Source: an uncultured Gemmatimonadaceae bacterium
Lineage (GTDB): Bacteria; Gemmatimonadota; Gemmatimonadetes; Gemmatimonadales; Gemmatimonadaceae
Direction: 5' to 3'
NCBI GenBank assembly: GCA_963843845.1
Contig: CAWJMB010000002.1
Coordinates: 1,152,001 to 1,216,000 of the forward strand
Length of the DNA stretch: 64,000 bases
Shown here: one piece after another, positions 43,007 through 57,400 of the stretch
Position numbering within the stretch: position 1 is the stretch's first letter
How the letters are laid out: each line of letters begins with the position of its first letter
Program-made: the position numbers and the translations under genes
Notes under the pieces: generated by a model
Database searches by the model: none
What the model saw: only the letters and a program-made list of their open reading frames with translations
Told to the model about the DNA's origin: nothing

Positions 43007-43914
43007 AGGGGATCATCCTCGCCGGCGGATCCGGCACGCGGCTCCACCCGCTCACGCTCGCCGTCAGCAAGCAGCTCCTCCCGGTGTACGACAAGCCGAT
43101 GATCTACTACCCGCTCTCGACGCTCATGCTGTCGGGGATCCGGGACGTCCTGATCATCTCGACGCCGCAGGACCTGCCGCGCTTCGCGCAGCTCCTCGGC
43201 GACGGCGCGGCGTGGGGGATGGCGTTCTCCTACGCCGAGCAGCCGTCGCCCGACGGTCTCGCGCAGGCGTTCGTGATCGGCCGCGACTTCGTCGGCACGA
43301 GCGCGGTGTCGCTGGTGCTGGGCGACAACATCTTCTACGGCCTCGGGCTGCGCGCGGTCCTCCAGCGCGCGGCGCAGCGAGCGAGCGGCGCGACCGTGTT
43401 CGGCTACTACGTGCGCGATCCCGAGCGATACGGCGTCGTCGAGTTCGGCGACGACGGCCGCGCGATCTCGATCGAGGAGAAGCCCGCGCATCCGCGTTCC
43501 AACTTCGCGGTGACGGGTCTCTACTTCTACGACAACGACGTCGTCGAGATCGCCCGCTCCCTCCGCCCGTCGGCGCGCGGTGAGTACGAGATCACCGACG
43601 TGAATCGCGTCTACCTCACGCGCGACGCGCTGAACGTCGAGCTGTTCGGCCGCGGGATGGCGTGGTTCGACACCGGCACGCACGAGTCGCTGCACGGCGC
43701 GTCGACGTTCATCGAGGCGATCGAGAAGCGGCAGGGCCTGCTCATCGCCTCGCCCGAGGAGATCGCCTACCGCCAGGGCTACATCGACGACCGCCAGCTC
43801 GAGTCGCTCGCCGCCGCCATGGGCAAGTCGAGCTACGCCGTGTACCTCAAGCAGCTGCTCACCGAGCGCTCGCTGCGCCAGATCTCCGGCTCTGCGCCGG
43901 CGGAGCACGCGTGA
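43003..43914 (+). CDS. rfbA: Glucose-1-phosphate thymidylyltransferase
   Basis: [47 protein letters not shown]. Confidence 0.97.
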   Translation: MKGIILAGGSGTRLHPLTLAVSKQLLPVYDKPMIYYPLSTLMLSGIRDVLIISTPQDLPRFAQLLGDGAAWGMAFSYAEQPSPDGLAQAFVIGRDFVGTSAVSLVLGDNIFYGLGLRAVLQRAAQRASGATVFGYYVRDPERYGVVEFGDDGRAISIEEKPAHPRSNFAVTGLYFYDNDVVEIARSLRPSARGEYEITDVNRVYLTRDALNVELFGRGMAWFDTGTHESLHGASTFIEAIEKRQGLLIASPEEIAYRQGYIDDRQLESLAAAMGKSSYAVYLKQLLTERSLRQISGSAPAEHA

Positions 43915-44897
43915 CGTCCGCCGAGCGGCGGGAGACGAGCGCCGGGCCCGACGAGTCCTTCTTCGCGCACAGTCACGCGATCGTGGAGAGCGCGCACGTC
44001 GGGCCGCGAACGCGGATCTGGGCGTTCGCCCACGTGCTGCCGGGCGCGCGCATCGGCGCGGACTGCAACGTCTGCGACGGCGTCTTCGTCGAGAACGACG
44101 TGGCGATCGGCGACCGCGTCACGATCAAGTGCGGGGTCCAGCTGTGGGACGGGGTGACGCTCGAGGATGACGTCTTCGTCGGGCCGAACGCGACGTTCAC
44201 GAACGATCTCTTCCCGCGCAGTCGGCAGCAGCCCGCGCAGTACGTCCGGACCCGCGTTCGTCGCGGCGCGTCGCTCGGCGCGAACTCGACGATCCTGGCC
44301 GGCGTGACGATCGGCGAGCGTGCGATGGTCGGCGCCGGCGCGGTCGTGACGCGCGACGTGCCGCCCGGCGCCGTCGTCGTCGGCAACCCGGCGCGCGTCA
44401 CGGGGTGGGTGGACGCGCGTCGGGTCACGGTGCCGCCGCTGCAGGCCGGCCCGCGCGACGCCGCGCCGCTCCCCGAGCTCCGGGTGCGCGGCGCACGAGT
44501 GCACCGCCTTCCGCGTCTGACCGACGCACGCGGGTCGCTGTCGTTCGCCGAGATCGGCGCGCAGCTGCCGTTCACGCCGCACCGCTACTTCCTGATCTCC
44601 GACGTCGCGGACGGAAGCCTTCGCGGAGAGCACGCACACCGCGAGCTGCACCAGTTCGTCGTCTGCGTACACGGCTCGTGTCGCCTCGTCCTCGACGACG
44701 GACTGACGCGCGAGGAACTGTCGCTCGACTCGCCGGAGCTCGGCGTCCACGTCGCACCGCTGACGTGGACGACGGTGATGCACGCCTCCCGGGCGACGAC
44801 CGTGCTCGTCCTCGCCTCCGACGTCTACAAGGAGTCGGATTACGTGCGCGACCACGACGAGTTCCTGCGCCTCACGCAAGCCCGCGGGGCCGGATGA
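43911..44897 (+). CDS. wxcM: Bifunctional N-acetyltransferase (hexapeptide repeat)/dTDP-sugar 3,4-ketoisomerase (cupin), WxcM/FdtD-like
   Basis: IWAFAHV, FTND.FPRS, VVGNPAR, then [12 protein letters not shown] cupin, LVLAS..Y.ESDY. Confidence 0.88.
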   Translation: MTSAERRETSAGPDESFFAHSHAIVESAHVGPRTRIWAFAHVLPGARIGADCNVCDGVFVENDVAIGDRVTIKCGVQLWDGVTLEDDVFVGPNATFTNDLFPRSRQQPAQYVRTRVRRGASLGANSTILAGVTIGERAMVGAGAVVTRDVPPGAVVVGNPARVTGWVDARRVTVPPLQAGPRDAAPLPELRVRGARVHRLPRLTDARGSLSFAEIGAQLPFTPHRYFLISDVADGSLRGEHAHRELHQFVVCVHGSCRLVLDDGLTREELSLDSPELGVHVAPLTWTTVMHASRATTVLVLASDVYKESDYVRDHDEFLRLTQARGAG

Positions 44898-46069
44898 GCG
44901 ACCGACGCCGTCCACACTCGGCGGAGCCGGTGTCGAGCGCCCGCGCCGGGTCGGTGCCATTCCTCGATCTGCGCGCGCCGTACGTCGAGCTTCGCGCGGA
45001 GCTCGACGAGGCCATGCAGCGCGTGCTCGACAGCGGCTGGTTCCTCCTCGGCGACGCGCTGCGCACGTTCGAGGCGTCGTTCGCCGCCTACGCGAACGCG
45101 CGGCACTGTGTGGGCGTGGCGAACGGGCTGGACGCGTTGCGACTCGCCCTGCTGGCGCTCGACGTCGGTCCCGGGGACGAGGTGATCGTCCCGTCCAACA
45201 CGTACATCGCGACGTGGCTCGCCGTCTCGCAGGTCGGCGCGACGCCGGTGCCCGTCGAGCCAGAACCCGACACGTACAACCTCGACCCCGACCGTCTCGA
45301 GGCGGCGATCACGCCGCGGACCAGGGCGATCCTGCCGGTGCATCTCTACGGGCAGCCGGCGAACCTGCCCGCCATCCGTCGCATCGCGCGACGACACGCG
45401 ATTCGCGTGATCGACGACGCGGCCCAGGCCCACGGCGCGCGGATCGAGAGCCGCCGCGTCGGCGACCCGGCGCTCGCCGACGTGACGGCGTGGAGCTTCT
45501 ACCCCGGCAAGAATCTCGGAGCGTTCGGCGACGGCGGTGGGATCACGACCGACGACGACGCCATCGCCGACCGCCTCCGCGTGCTCCGCAACTACGGATC
45601 GCGCGTGAAGTACGTGAACGAAGTCGAGGGCACGAACAGTCGGCTCGACGAGTTGCAGGCGGCCGCGCTCAGCGTGAAACTCCGTCACCTCGACGCGTGG
45701 AACGCACGCAGAGCTCGTCAGGCGGCACGCTACGACGACGCGCTCGCCGGCCTGCCGCTCGTGCTGCCGGTCGTCCCGTCCTGGTCGCACCCGGCGTGGC
45801 ATCTGTACGTCGTCCGGAGCCCGGCGCGCGACCGCCTGCAGCGGCATCTGACCGACGCGGGGATCGGAACGCTCATTCACTACCCGATCCCCCCGCATCG
45901 GCAGCAGGCCTACGCGCACCTCGGCTATCCGGCCGACGCCTTCCCGATCGCCTCGCGCATCGCCGACGAGATCCTGAGCCTGCCGATCGGTCCGCACCTG
46001 AGCGACGACCACCAGTCGCGCGTCGTCGACGCCGTCCGGACGTTCGACTTCGGAGGAGCAGGGAGCTGA
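44894..46069 (+). CDS. fdtB: DegT/DnrJ/EryC1/StrS aminotransferase (FdtB/QdtB-like)
   Basis: VPFLDL, NGLDAL, PVHLYGQ, DAAQAHGA, SFYPGKNLGAFGDGG, NSRLDELQAA. Confidence 0.88.
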   Translation: MSDRRRPHSAEPVSSARAGSVPFLDLRAPYVELRAELDEAMQRVLDSGWFLLGDALRTFEASFAAYANARHCVGVANGLDALRLALLALDVGPGDEVIVPSNTYIATWLAVSQVGATPVPVEPEPDTYNLDPDRLEAAITPRTRAILPVHLYGQPANLPAIRRIARRHAIRVIDDAAQAHGARIESRRVGDPALADVTAWSFYPGKNLGAFGDGGGITTDDDAIADRLRVLRNYGSRVKYVNEVEGTNSRLDELQAAALSVKLRHLDAWNARRARQAARYDDALAGLPLVLPVVPSWSHPAWHLYVVRSPARDRLQRHLTDAGIGTLIHYPIPPHRQQAYAHLGYPADAFPIASRIADEILSLPIGPHLSDDHQSRVVDAVRTFDFGGAGS

Positions 46070-46100
46070 GCGCGCTCCGGGAGGTGACCGCGACGGCGAG

Positions 46101-48103
46101 TCAGCCCGGCCGGAACACGTCCATCGCCAGCTCCACTCGCCCGAACGGCGCCGACACTTGCACGCCCTGCACCTCCGGCCGCACGCGCGCCAGCATCTCG
46201 CGCGCGATCGCGATCCCCTCGGCCAGCGCGTGCTCCTTCGACCGCTCGTTCGCCGCGCGCATGCGCTCGCAGGACCGCGTCGGGCACGGTCACGCCGGGC
46301 ACCTCGTTCGCCAGGAACTCCGCGTTGCGCGCCGAGACGAGCGGCCAGATGCCGGCGATCGACGGGGATGCGCGATGTCGTCGATCGTCCGCAGGAAGCG
46401 CTCGAGCTGCGCCGCGTCGAACACCGGCTGCGTGATCGCGTACTCCGCGCCCGCCTCGACCTTCCACGCGAAGCGCTGTCGCTCGTGCGCCGGGTCGATC
46501 GGCGGCGGGATTCACGCCCACGCCGATCGCGAACCGCGTCGGCGTGCCGATCGCGTTCGTCGCCCGGGTCGAGTCCGCGATTGAGGTTGCGCGACGAGGT
46601 TCGTCAGCCCGATCGCGTCGATGTCGAAGACCGCGGTCGCGTCGGGGTAGGGGCCCATCTTCGGCGGGTCGCCGGTGATGAGCAGCAGGTTGCGCAGGCC
46701 GAACGCCGATGCGCCGAGCAGGTCGCTCAGCATGCCGAGCAGGTTGCGGTCGCGGCAGGCGTAGTGCGTCACGCTCTCGATGCCCGACCTGCTGCTCGAT
46801 GAGCAGCGCTCGTCGCGATCGCGCCCATGCGGCTCTGCGCGCGCGGGCCGTCGGGCACGTTGATCGCGTCGACGCCGGCGGCGTGCAGCGTCGCCGCGTC
46901 GCGCAGCAGCTTCGCCGTGTCGACCCCGCGCGGCGGCACGATCTCGACCGACGTGACGAAGTCGCCACGCGCGATCTTGCCGCCGAAGCGCGAACGCTCG
47001 GCGAAGCGGAACGGCGGCCCTGCCGGCCGGCCGGGACTCGGCGCTCGGCGAGTCGCGGAGTCGGGCTGATCGCCGACCGACTCCCGAGACGCGAGTCGCC
47101 GGCTGCCCGGGCGCGTCCAGCGTCGCTCGCCATCGCCCGCTCCACGCGCAGCGACGCGCCATCGCCTTGATGTGCTCCGGCGTGGTGCCGCAGCAGCCGC
47201 CGACGACCTTCGCGCCCGCCTGCACGAGGTGCCGCGCGTACGTCGCGATGTACTCGGCGCTCGCCATGTAGATGCGGCGGCCGCCGACGTCGCGCGGCAT
47301 GCCGGCGTTCGGCATCGCGCTCAGCTTGCGCGTCGTGACGGCAGCCATCTGCTCGATCGCCTCGAGGATCGTCTGCGGACCGACCGAGCAGTTGAGGCCG
47401 ATGACGTCGGCGCCCCAGCGCGTCGAGCGCGCGCGCCGACGTCTTCCGGTGTCGCGCCGTAGGGCGTGTGCAGATCGACGCCGATGGTCGATCTGCGCGA
47501 CGACCGGCATCGCGGGGTCGACCTCGCGCGCGGCGCGGATCGCCTGCTCCAGCTCGTGCAGGTCGCCGAACGTCTCGAGCATGAAGAGGTCGCCCCGCCC
47601 GCGCTCGAGGGCGGCCATCTGCTCGCGAAACATCGCCCGCGCCTCGTCGCGCGACGTCGGGCCGTACGGCTCGATGCGCACGCCGAGCGGGCCCGACGGC
47701 GCCGGCGACGAGCACGGGTGCTGCCGACGCCCTCCGGGTCCCGCGCCCGGTCCGCCGCCTCGCGCGCCAGCTCGGCCGCGCGACGGTTGATCGCCGTCGA
47801 CCTGCGCCTCGAGCCCGTACGTGCGCGAGCTTGCCGGTTCGCGCCGAAGCTGTTCGTCTCCAGCACCTCGGCGCCGGCCTGCACGTACGCGCGGTGGACG
47901 TCGCGCACGAGGTCGGGCGCGCGCAGCGCCAGCTCGTCGTAGCACTGGTTGATGAACACGCCCGCGCGCGTACAGCTCGTGCCCATCGCCCCGTCGAACA
48001 GCACGATCTCGGCGGGGTCGAGCAGACGAGCGATGGCAGCCGTCCGATCGGCCGCGACGGCAGGCGACGCGAGCGCCGGATCGGTCAGAGGTGTAGTGGG
48101 CAT
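46101..48103 (-). CDS. yitJ: Bifunctional homocysteine S-methyltransferase/methylenetetrahydrofolate reductase (many indels)
   Basis: LFDGAMG, ETNSFGAN, LNCSVGP, MPNAG, GGCCGTTPEHI; MTHFR part CRDRNLLG, TGDPPKMG, ITQPVF, NAEFLANEVPG. Confidence 0.9.
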
Positions 48104-48108
48104 CGAGA

Positions 48109-48126
48109 CATAAATATATCCTTATG
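48109..48126. promoter_or_regulatory. SahR/SamR-like operator CATAAATATATCCTTATG upstream of yitJ
   Basis: AT-rich 18-bp CATAA-N8-TTATG palindrome 5 nt from the yitJ ATG; near-identical copy at 49408. Confidence 0.75.
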
Positions 48127-49345
48127 CTTCGCAAGTCGACCCCGGTCCGGTCACGGGCCGCGATCGGACGTACGTGAACCGCGCCTTCAGCCGCAGGAAC
48201 GGCGACTCGAGCACACGATACGAGATCGCGGCGAGCGTCAGGGTGAGAGTGGCACCGATCGCGCCGCGCGGGACGAGCTCCGCCCCGCCCGCCCTCGGAA
48301 TCGCCGCCTCCGCGACGGTGAGGGCGAGCGAGTGGAACACGTACAGGCCATACGAGATGCGCCCGCCGTACAGGATCGCCGGCGTCGTGAGCACGCTGCG
48401 CGAACGCGTGCGCGCGCCGTGCGCCAGACACGCGACGATGAGGCAGACGCTGCCGATGGTCACGAGCGGGTAGGCGACGAGCGCGTTGCGCCCCGAGTAG
48501 CCGTTCAGGAGCCCGACGAGCGGCCAGACGGCGAGGCCGAACGCCAGCAGTCCGCCGGTCTGCCAGCCCGCCAGCGTCGGCCGCTCGCCACGCAGCGCGA
48601 CGGCGAGCACGCACCCGGCCGCGAACGGATCGAGGTGGGTGATGGTGCTCGTCCAGACCATGCTGTGCGCCGAGTGCCGCAGCACGAACAGCCATCGGCC
48701 GAGGAAAGCCGCGACGAACATCACGACGGCGATCCGCACGATCGACTGTGGACCGAAGCGTCGGAGCAGCAGCGGCCAACAGACGTAGAACTGCTCCTCG
48801 ATCGACACGCTCCACAGCAGCGCCGTCACCGACGCCGGGAAGCCCAGAAACGCCGTCGTCCAGTTGCCGAGGAAGAGCAGCGAGGCGAGCAGCTGCGGGC
48901 CGCCGATGTGCTCGTGCGCCATGAAGCGGCGCAGGACGATCACGGCGAAGGCGATGAACGCGAAGTACAGTGGCCAGATGCGGAGCGCGCGGCGCACGTA
49001 GAACGCCGGAACGTCGATGCGCCCGCGCCTCGCGTGCTCGCGGATCAGCAGCTCCGTGATGAGGTACGAGCTGAGGGCGAAGAAGAGGTCGACGGCGAAC
49101 CCGAGACCCCACGCCGTCGTGGCGACGAAGCGCGCGACGACGACCGGCACCCACGCCGGATAGGCACCCGGATCGTGCGGCAGCCAGTGGTGCGTGAACA
49201 CCGCCGCGAACGCGAACAGTCGGAGCGCGTCGAGCTCGGGACGGTAGAAGCGCTGGGCGGAGTCGCGCGCGTACACCAGGGTCGATGGCTCGTGACGACG
49301 GGACGCAGGTGCCCGCGATCCGAGCGACGGATCTCGCGGCCGCAT
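48122..49345 (-). CDS. Acyltransferase family 3 (OafA/OatA-like membrane O-acyltransferase)
   Basis: RPELDALR, VDLFFALSSYLI, RRALRIWP, WSVSIEEQFY, GRISYGLYVFH, SYRVLESP. Start may be slightly downstream. Confidence 0.92.
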   Translation of the reverse strand: MRPRDPSLGSRAPASRRHEPSTLVYARDSAQRFYRPELDALRLFAFAAVFTHHWLPHDPGAYPAWVPVVVARFVATTAWGLGFAVDLFFALSSYLITELLIREHARRGRIDVPAFYVRRALRIWPLYFAFIAFAVIVLRRFMAHEHIGGPQLLASLLFLGNWTTAFLGFPASVTALLWSVSIEEQFYVCWPLLLRRFGPQSIVRIAVVMFVAAFLGRWLFVLRHSAHSMVWTSTITHLDPFAAGCVLAVALRGERPTLAGWQTGGLLAFGLAVWPLVGLLNGYSGRNALVAYPLVTIGSVCLIVACLAHGARTRSRSVLTTPAILYGGRISYGLYVFHSLALTVAEAAIPRAGGAELVPRGAIGATLTLTLAAISYRVLESPFLRLKARFTYVRSRPVTGPGSTCEA

Positions 49346-49407
49346 GTCGCTCCGTCGAAGCTAGCCGTGTGCGGCGGTCCGACTGTGGCGCCTGTACGGC
49401 GTCGAGG

Positions 49408-49425
49408 CATAAATATATGCTTATG
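49408..49425. promoter_or_regulatory. SahR/SamR-like operator CATAAATATATGCTTATG upstream of the regulator-metH operon
   Basis: 17/18 identical to the 48109 site, in the divergent intergenic region. Confidence 0.75.
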
Positions 49426-49509
49426 TTTCAAGGCTGACGCTCGATCCTTCGGCTGGCTCGCGTTCGCCCCGCTGCCCACTCCTGGTTCCGCTCTCTGACC
49501 TCTCGAGTC

Positions 49510-50504
49510 ATGGATGTCGTGCTGAACGCGCTCCGCGCTGCTGGTGAGCGAACGCGACTGCGGCTCCTCGCGCTCCTCGGCGCCGGCGAGCTGACCGTCG
49601 GCGAGCTGGCCGGGATCCTCGGCCAGAGCCAGCCTCGCGTGTCGCGCCATCTGAAGCTGCTCTGCGATGCCGGGCTGCTCGACCGCTACCCCGAAGGCAC
49701 GTCGGTCTTCTATCGTCTCGCCGAGCGCGGCGACGCGGTCGCGCTGGCGCGCACGGCGCTGGACCGGCTGCCGCCCGACGACGCGACGCTCGCCGCCGAC
49801 CGCGACCGACTCGACGCGGTGCGCCGCGCCCGCGCCGCGACCGCCGACGCCTACTTCCGTCAGGCCGCCGCCGACTGGGACCGCACGCGCTCGCTCTACG
49901 CCGACGAGCGCGAGGTCGAGCGCGTCATGCTCGATGCGCTCGGCGCGCTCGACGCGTCGAGCGCCCACGAGCTCGGGGACGTGCTCGACGTCGGGACCGG
50001 GACCGGCCGCATCCTGGAGCTGCTCTCGCCGAACGCGCGCCGTGCCGTCGGCGTCGACCTGAGCCCGGCGATGCTCGGCGTCGCGCGCGCCACGGTCGAC
50101 GCGGCGGCGCGGCCGAACGCGCAGGTGCGCCACGGCGACATGTATCACCTGCCGTTCGCGCCGGCGTCGTTCGACGTGATCGTCTTTCACCAGGTGCTGC
50201 ACTACGCCGACGACCCCGCCTCCGCCGTGGCGGAAGCGGCGCGCGTGCTCCGACCGGGCGGCCGCGTCCTCGTCGTCGACTTCGCGCCGCACACGCTCGA
50301 GTTCCTCCGCGCCGAGCACGCCCACCGCCGGCTCGGCTTCAGCGACCGCGAAGTGGGGAGCTGGTTCCGCGCGGTCGGGCTGGCGCCGGCCGCGCCGCGC
50401 GTCGTGCCGGGCGAGCCGCTCGACGTCGTGGCGTGGCTCGCGACGCGCACCGCCGCCGGAACCGTTAGGCACCTCGACTCGCCCGAACTGCACACCGCCA
50501 TCTC

Positions 50505-50508
<4 letters not shown>
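49510..50508 (+). CDS. sahR: ArsR-family HTH fused to a SAM-dependent methyltransferase fold (SahR/SamR-like methionine regulator)
   Basis: [58 protein letters not shown]; its stop overlaps the metH start. Confidence 0.85.
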
Positions 50509-54299
<3,791 letters not shown>

Positions 54300-54300
54300 A

Positions 54301-54333
54301 CGCACGCCCCGGCGCGATGCGCCGGGGCGTGCG
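54301..54333. terminator. Hairpin immediately after the metH stop
   Basis: cgcacgccccggcgc-gat-gcgccggggcgtgcg, perfect 15-bp stem. Confidence 0.55.
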
Positions 54334-54353
54334 TCGTGGCGTGCGTCGTGGCA

Positions 54354-54395
54354 CGCGGAGGAGCGACCGCCAGATGCCCGGGTCGCTCCTCCGCG
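54354..54395. repeat. Second hairpin (15-bp perfect stem) sharing the GAGCGACC/GGTCGCTC core with the 1390 palindrome
   Basis: cgcggaggagcgacc-N12-ggtcgctcctccgcg just past the S8 gene stop. Confidence 0.6.
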
Positions 54396-54401
54396 CTCAC
54401 G

Positions 54402-57400
54402 TCATGACGAGCAGGTGCCGTTGCGGCACGTCACGGTGCGCGTGAGCGACCGCGACGTGCCGCCGGCGTTCGTGACCTTGAGCGTCACGGTGTAGGTCCG
54501 GTCCACGTTGTCGGCGTAGACGTGGTACGTCCAGCCGTCGCTCTCGGTCTGCGTGCCGCCGTCGCCCCACGTCCACGTCCACGACACCGTGTTGGTCGAC
54601 GTGCGAGCGTCGAACCCGCAGGCCGTTCGATAGCATACGACGTCGAGGAGCTTCGGGACGGGCGGCGAGGCGACCGTGACAGTGACCGAGCCGCTCTTGC
54701 CGCCGGTCGCCGCGGTGATCGTGGCGCTCCCCGGGGCGACGGCCGTCACGACGCCCGACGACGACACGGTCGCGACGCTCGTGTTCGAGCTGGTCCAGGT
54801 GATCGTGCGGCCGGTGATGGCACGCCCCGAGGCGTCCTTCGGCGTCGCCGTCGCCGTCGTCGTCTGCCCGACCTCGAGCGACGCGTCGCCGACACTCGCC
54901 GTGACCGACGCGACGGTCGCACCGCTCACCGTCACGCTGACCGATCCGCTCTTCCCCTCGCTGGTCGCGGTGATCGTCGCCGACCCGGTCGTCACCCCGG
55001 TGACCAGTCCCGACGACGAGACGGTCGCCACGCTGGTGTTCGAGCTCGTCCACGTCACCGTGCGCCCGGTCAGCACCGCTCCCGCGGCGCTCTTCGTCGT
55101 CGCCGTCGCCTGCGACGTCTGCGGAACCGTGAGGCTGGCGTCCGCGATCGTCACCGTCACGGTCGCCACGGGGATGGTCACGGTGACCGCCACCGTCCCG
55201 CTCTTCCCCCACTCGCCGCCGTGATCGTCGCCGAGCCGGCCGCGACGGCCGTGACGAGACCCGACGACGACACCGTCGCGACGGCCGTGTTCGAGCTCGT
55301 CCACGTCACGGTGCGCCCGGTCAGCACGTTGCCGCTCGCGTCCTTGAGCGTCGCCGTCGCCTGCGAGGTCTGCGGGAGCGTCAGACTGGCGTCGCCGATC
55401 GCGACGCTCACCGTGGCGACCGGCGCGACGGTGACCGTGACGGTCACCGTGCTGCTCTTTCCCTCACTCGTCGCGGTGATGATCGCCGTGCCTGGCCCGA
55501 CGGCGGTGACGACTCCGGCGGACGACACCGTGGCGACGCTCGTGTTCGAGCTGCTCCAGGTGACGGGGCGCCCCGTCAGGGCGGCGCCGGAGGCGTCCCT
55601 GGGCGTCGCCGTCGCGGCCGCGGTCTGACCTGTCTCGAGACTCGCGTCGGCGATCGCGACGCTCACGGCCGCGACCGGCACCGCCGTCACGGTGACCGTC
55701 ACCGACCCGCTCTTCCCTTCGCTCGTCGCCGTGATCGTCGCCGACCCCGGCGCGCCGCCGGTGACGACGCCCGACGCCGAGACCGCGGCGACGGCGGTGT
55801 TGGAGCTCGACCACGCGATCGCCCGTCCCGTCAGGACGGCGCCGGACGCGTCTTTCAGCGTCGCCGTCGCCGTCGTCGTCTGAGCCGCGGCGATGGTCGC
55901 GTTCGCGATCGTCACGGCCACCGTCGCGACAGGGACAGCCGAGACCGTGACCGTCACGGCGGCCGACTTCCCCTCGCTCGTCGCCGTGATGGTCGCCGAC
56001 CCGGGCGCGACCGCGGTGACGACACCGCTGGCCGATACCGTGGCCACCGCGGCGTTCGACGTCGACCACGTCACGACCCGACCGGTGAGGATGTTCCCGG
56101 CGGCGTCCGCGGGTCTCGCGACCGCCGTCGCCGTCTGCCCCGCGACGAAGGTGGTCGTCGGGATCGAGACGGTGATCGTGGCGACCGGGAGTGGTGCCGG
56201 CGGCGCCACGGTGAGCGTGGCCGAGCCGCTCTTGCCCTCGCTCGTCGCCGTGATCGACGCCGTGCCGACGGCGACCGCCGTCACGATGCCGACCGGCGAG
56301 ACGGTGGCCACCGCGGGGTTCGAGCTCGACCAGGCGACGGCGCGGCCCGTCAGCACCGCGCCGCCGGCGTCGGTCAGGGTGGCCGTCGCCGTGGTGGTCT
56401 GCAGCGGTCCGAGGCTCCCCGCGGCGAGCGTGACGGCGACGTTGGCCACCGCCGCCGCCGCCGGGGCGGTGACGGTGATCTCGATCGAGTGCGTGCGCCC
56501 CTCGCTCGTGGCGGTGAGCACCGTGGTGCCGACCGCCACACCGGTCACGAGGCCGGTCGCGGACACGGTGGCGATGCTCGGGCTCGAGCTCGTCCACGAG
56601 ACCGGCCGCCCGACGAGCACGTTGCCGAACACGTCACGCGCGGTCACCGACGCCTGGCTCGTGCGCCCGGCCTGCACGCTCTGGCCGGGCAGGTACACGG
56701 TCACGTTGGCGATCGGGGCCGGCGGCGGCGCACCGCCCGCCGACCAGCGCTGCGCGACCGACCCGTCGCAGACCTGGAGCACGACGCGGACGTACGACAC
56801 GTCGGGAACCGCCGCGGCGCAGCTGCCGGTCGCGAGCCGGAGCTCGCCGCTCGCCGTCAGCGTCCACTTCTGCGTGTCCCACCCCGAGCAGGTGTAGTTC
56901 CCCAGCGGTTGGCCGACGACCCCGTTGTTGAAGCCGGTGAGGCATCCGGCGGCCGCCGTGAGCGAGATCGTCGCCTGCGTCCCGACCGGTGGCACCGTCC
57001 ACGTCTGCCCGAGCGACCCACCGACGCACGGCCCGACGGTGTTCAAGGTGAGGTTCTCGGTCATCGACAGGCAGCCGTAGCCGGTCGCGCTGACGAGCGG
57101 CGCGCCGCCGCCCGGGATCGTCGGATACGTGACGAGCACGCGCGCGCGTGGCGCGACGACTCCGCCACTCGCCGCGGAGATGGTCGTCAGCCCCGATCCG
57201 ACGGCGGTGATCGCGCCCGACGCGCTGACGGTCGCCACGTACGGATCCGAGCTCGTCCACGTGACCGGCTGCCCGGCGAGCACGGTACCGGACGCATTCT
57301 TGACCGTCACGCTCGCCGTCACCGACTGCGCGACCACGAGCGTCGTGAGCGGCACGCTCATGTCGACGCGCGCGACTGCGCTGGTCGCCGCCGCGTTGCC

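Noticed and set aside
49346..49509. SAM or cobalamin riboswitch upstream of met genes
   Set aside because: No SAM-I/II or B12-box consensus is visible; the protein operator explains the region. An Rfam scan would confirm.
54680..56700. About 250-bp periodic DNA repeats resembling an array
   Set aside because: They encode Big_2 Ig domains of the S8 protein; there is no CRISPR repeat-spacer structure and no cas gene.
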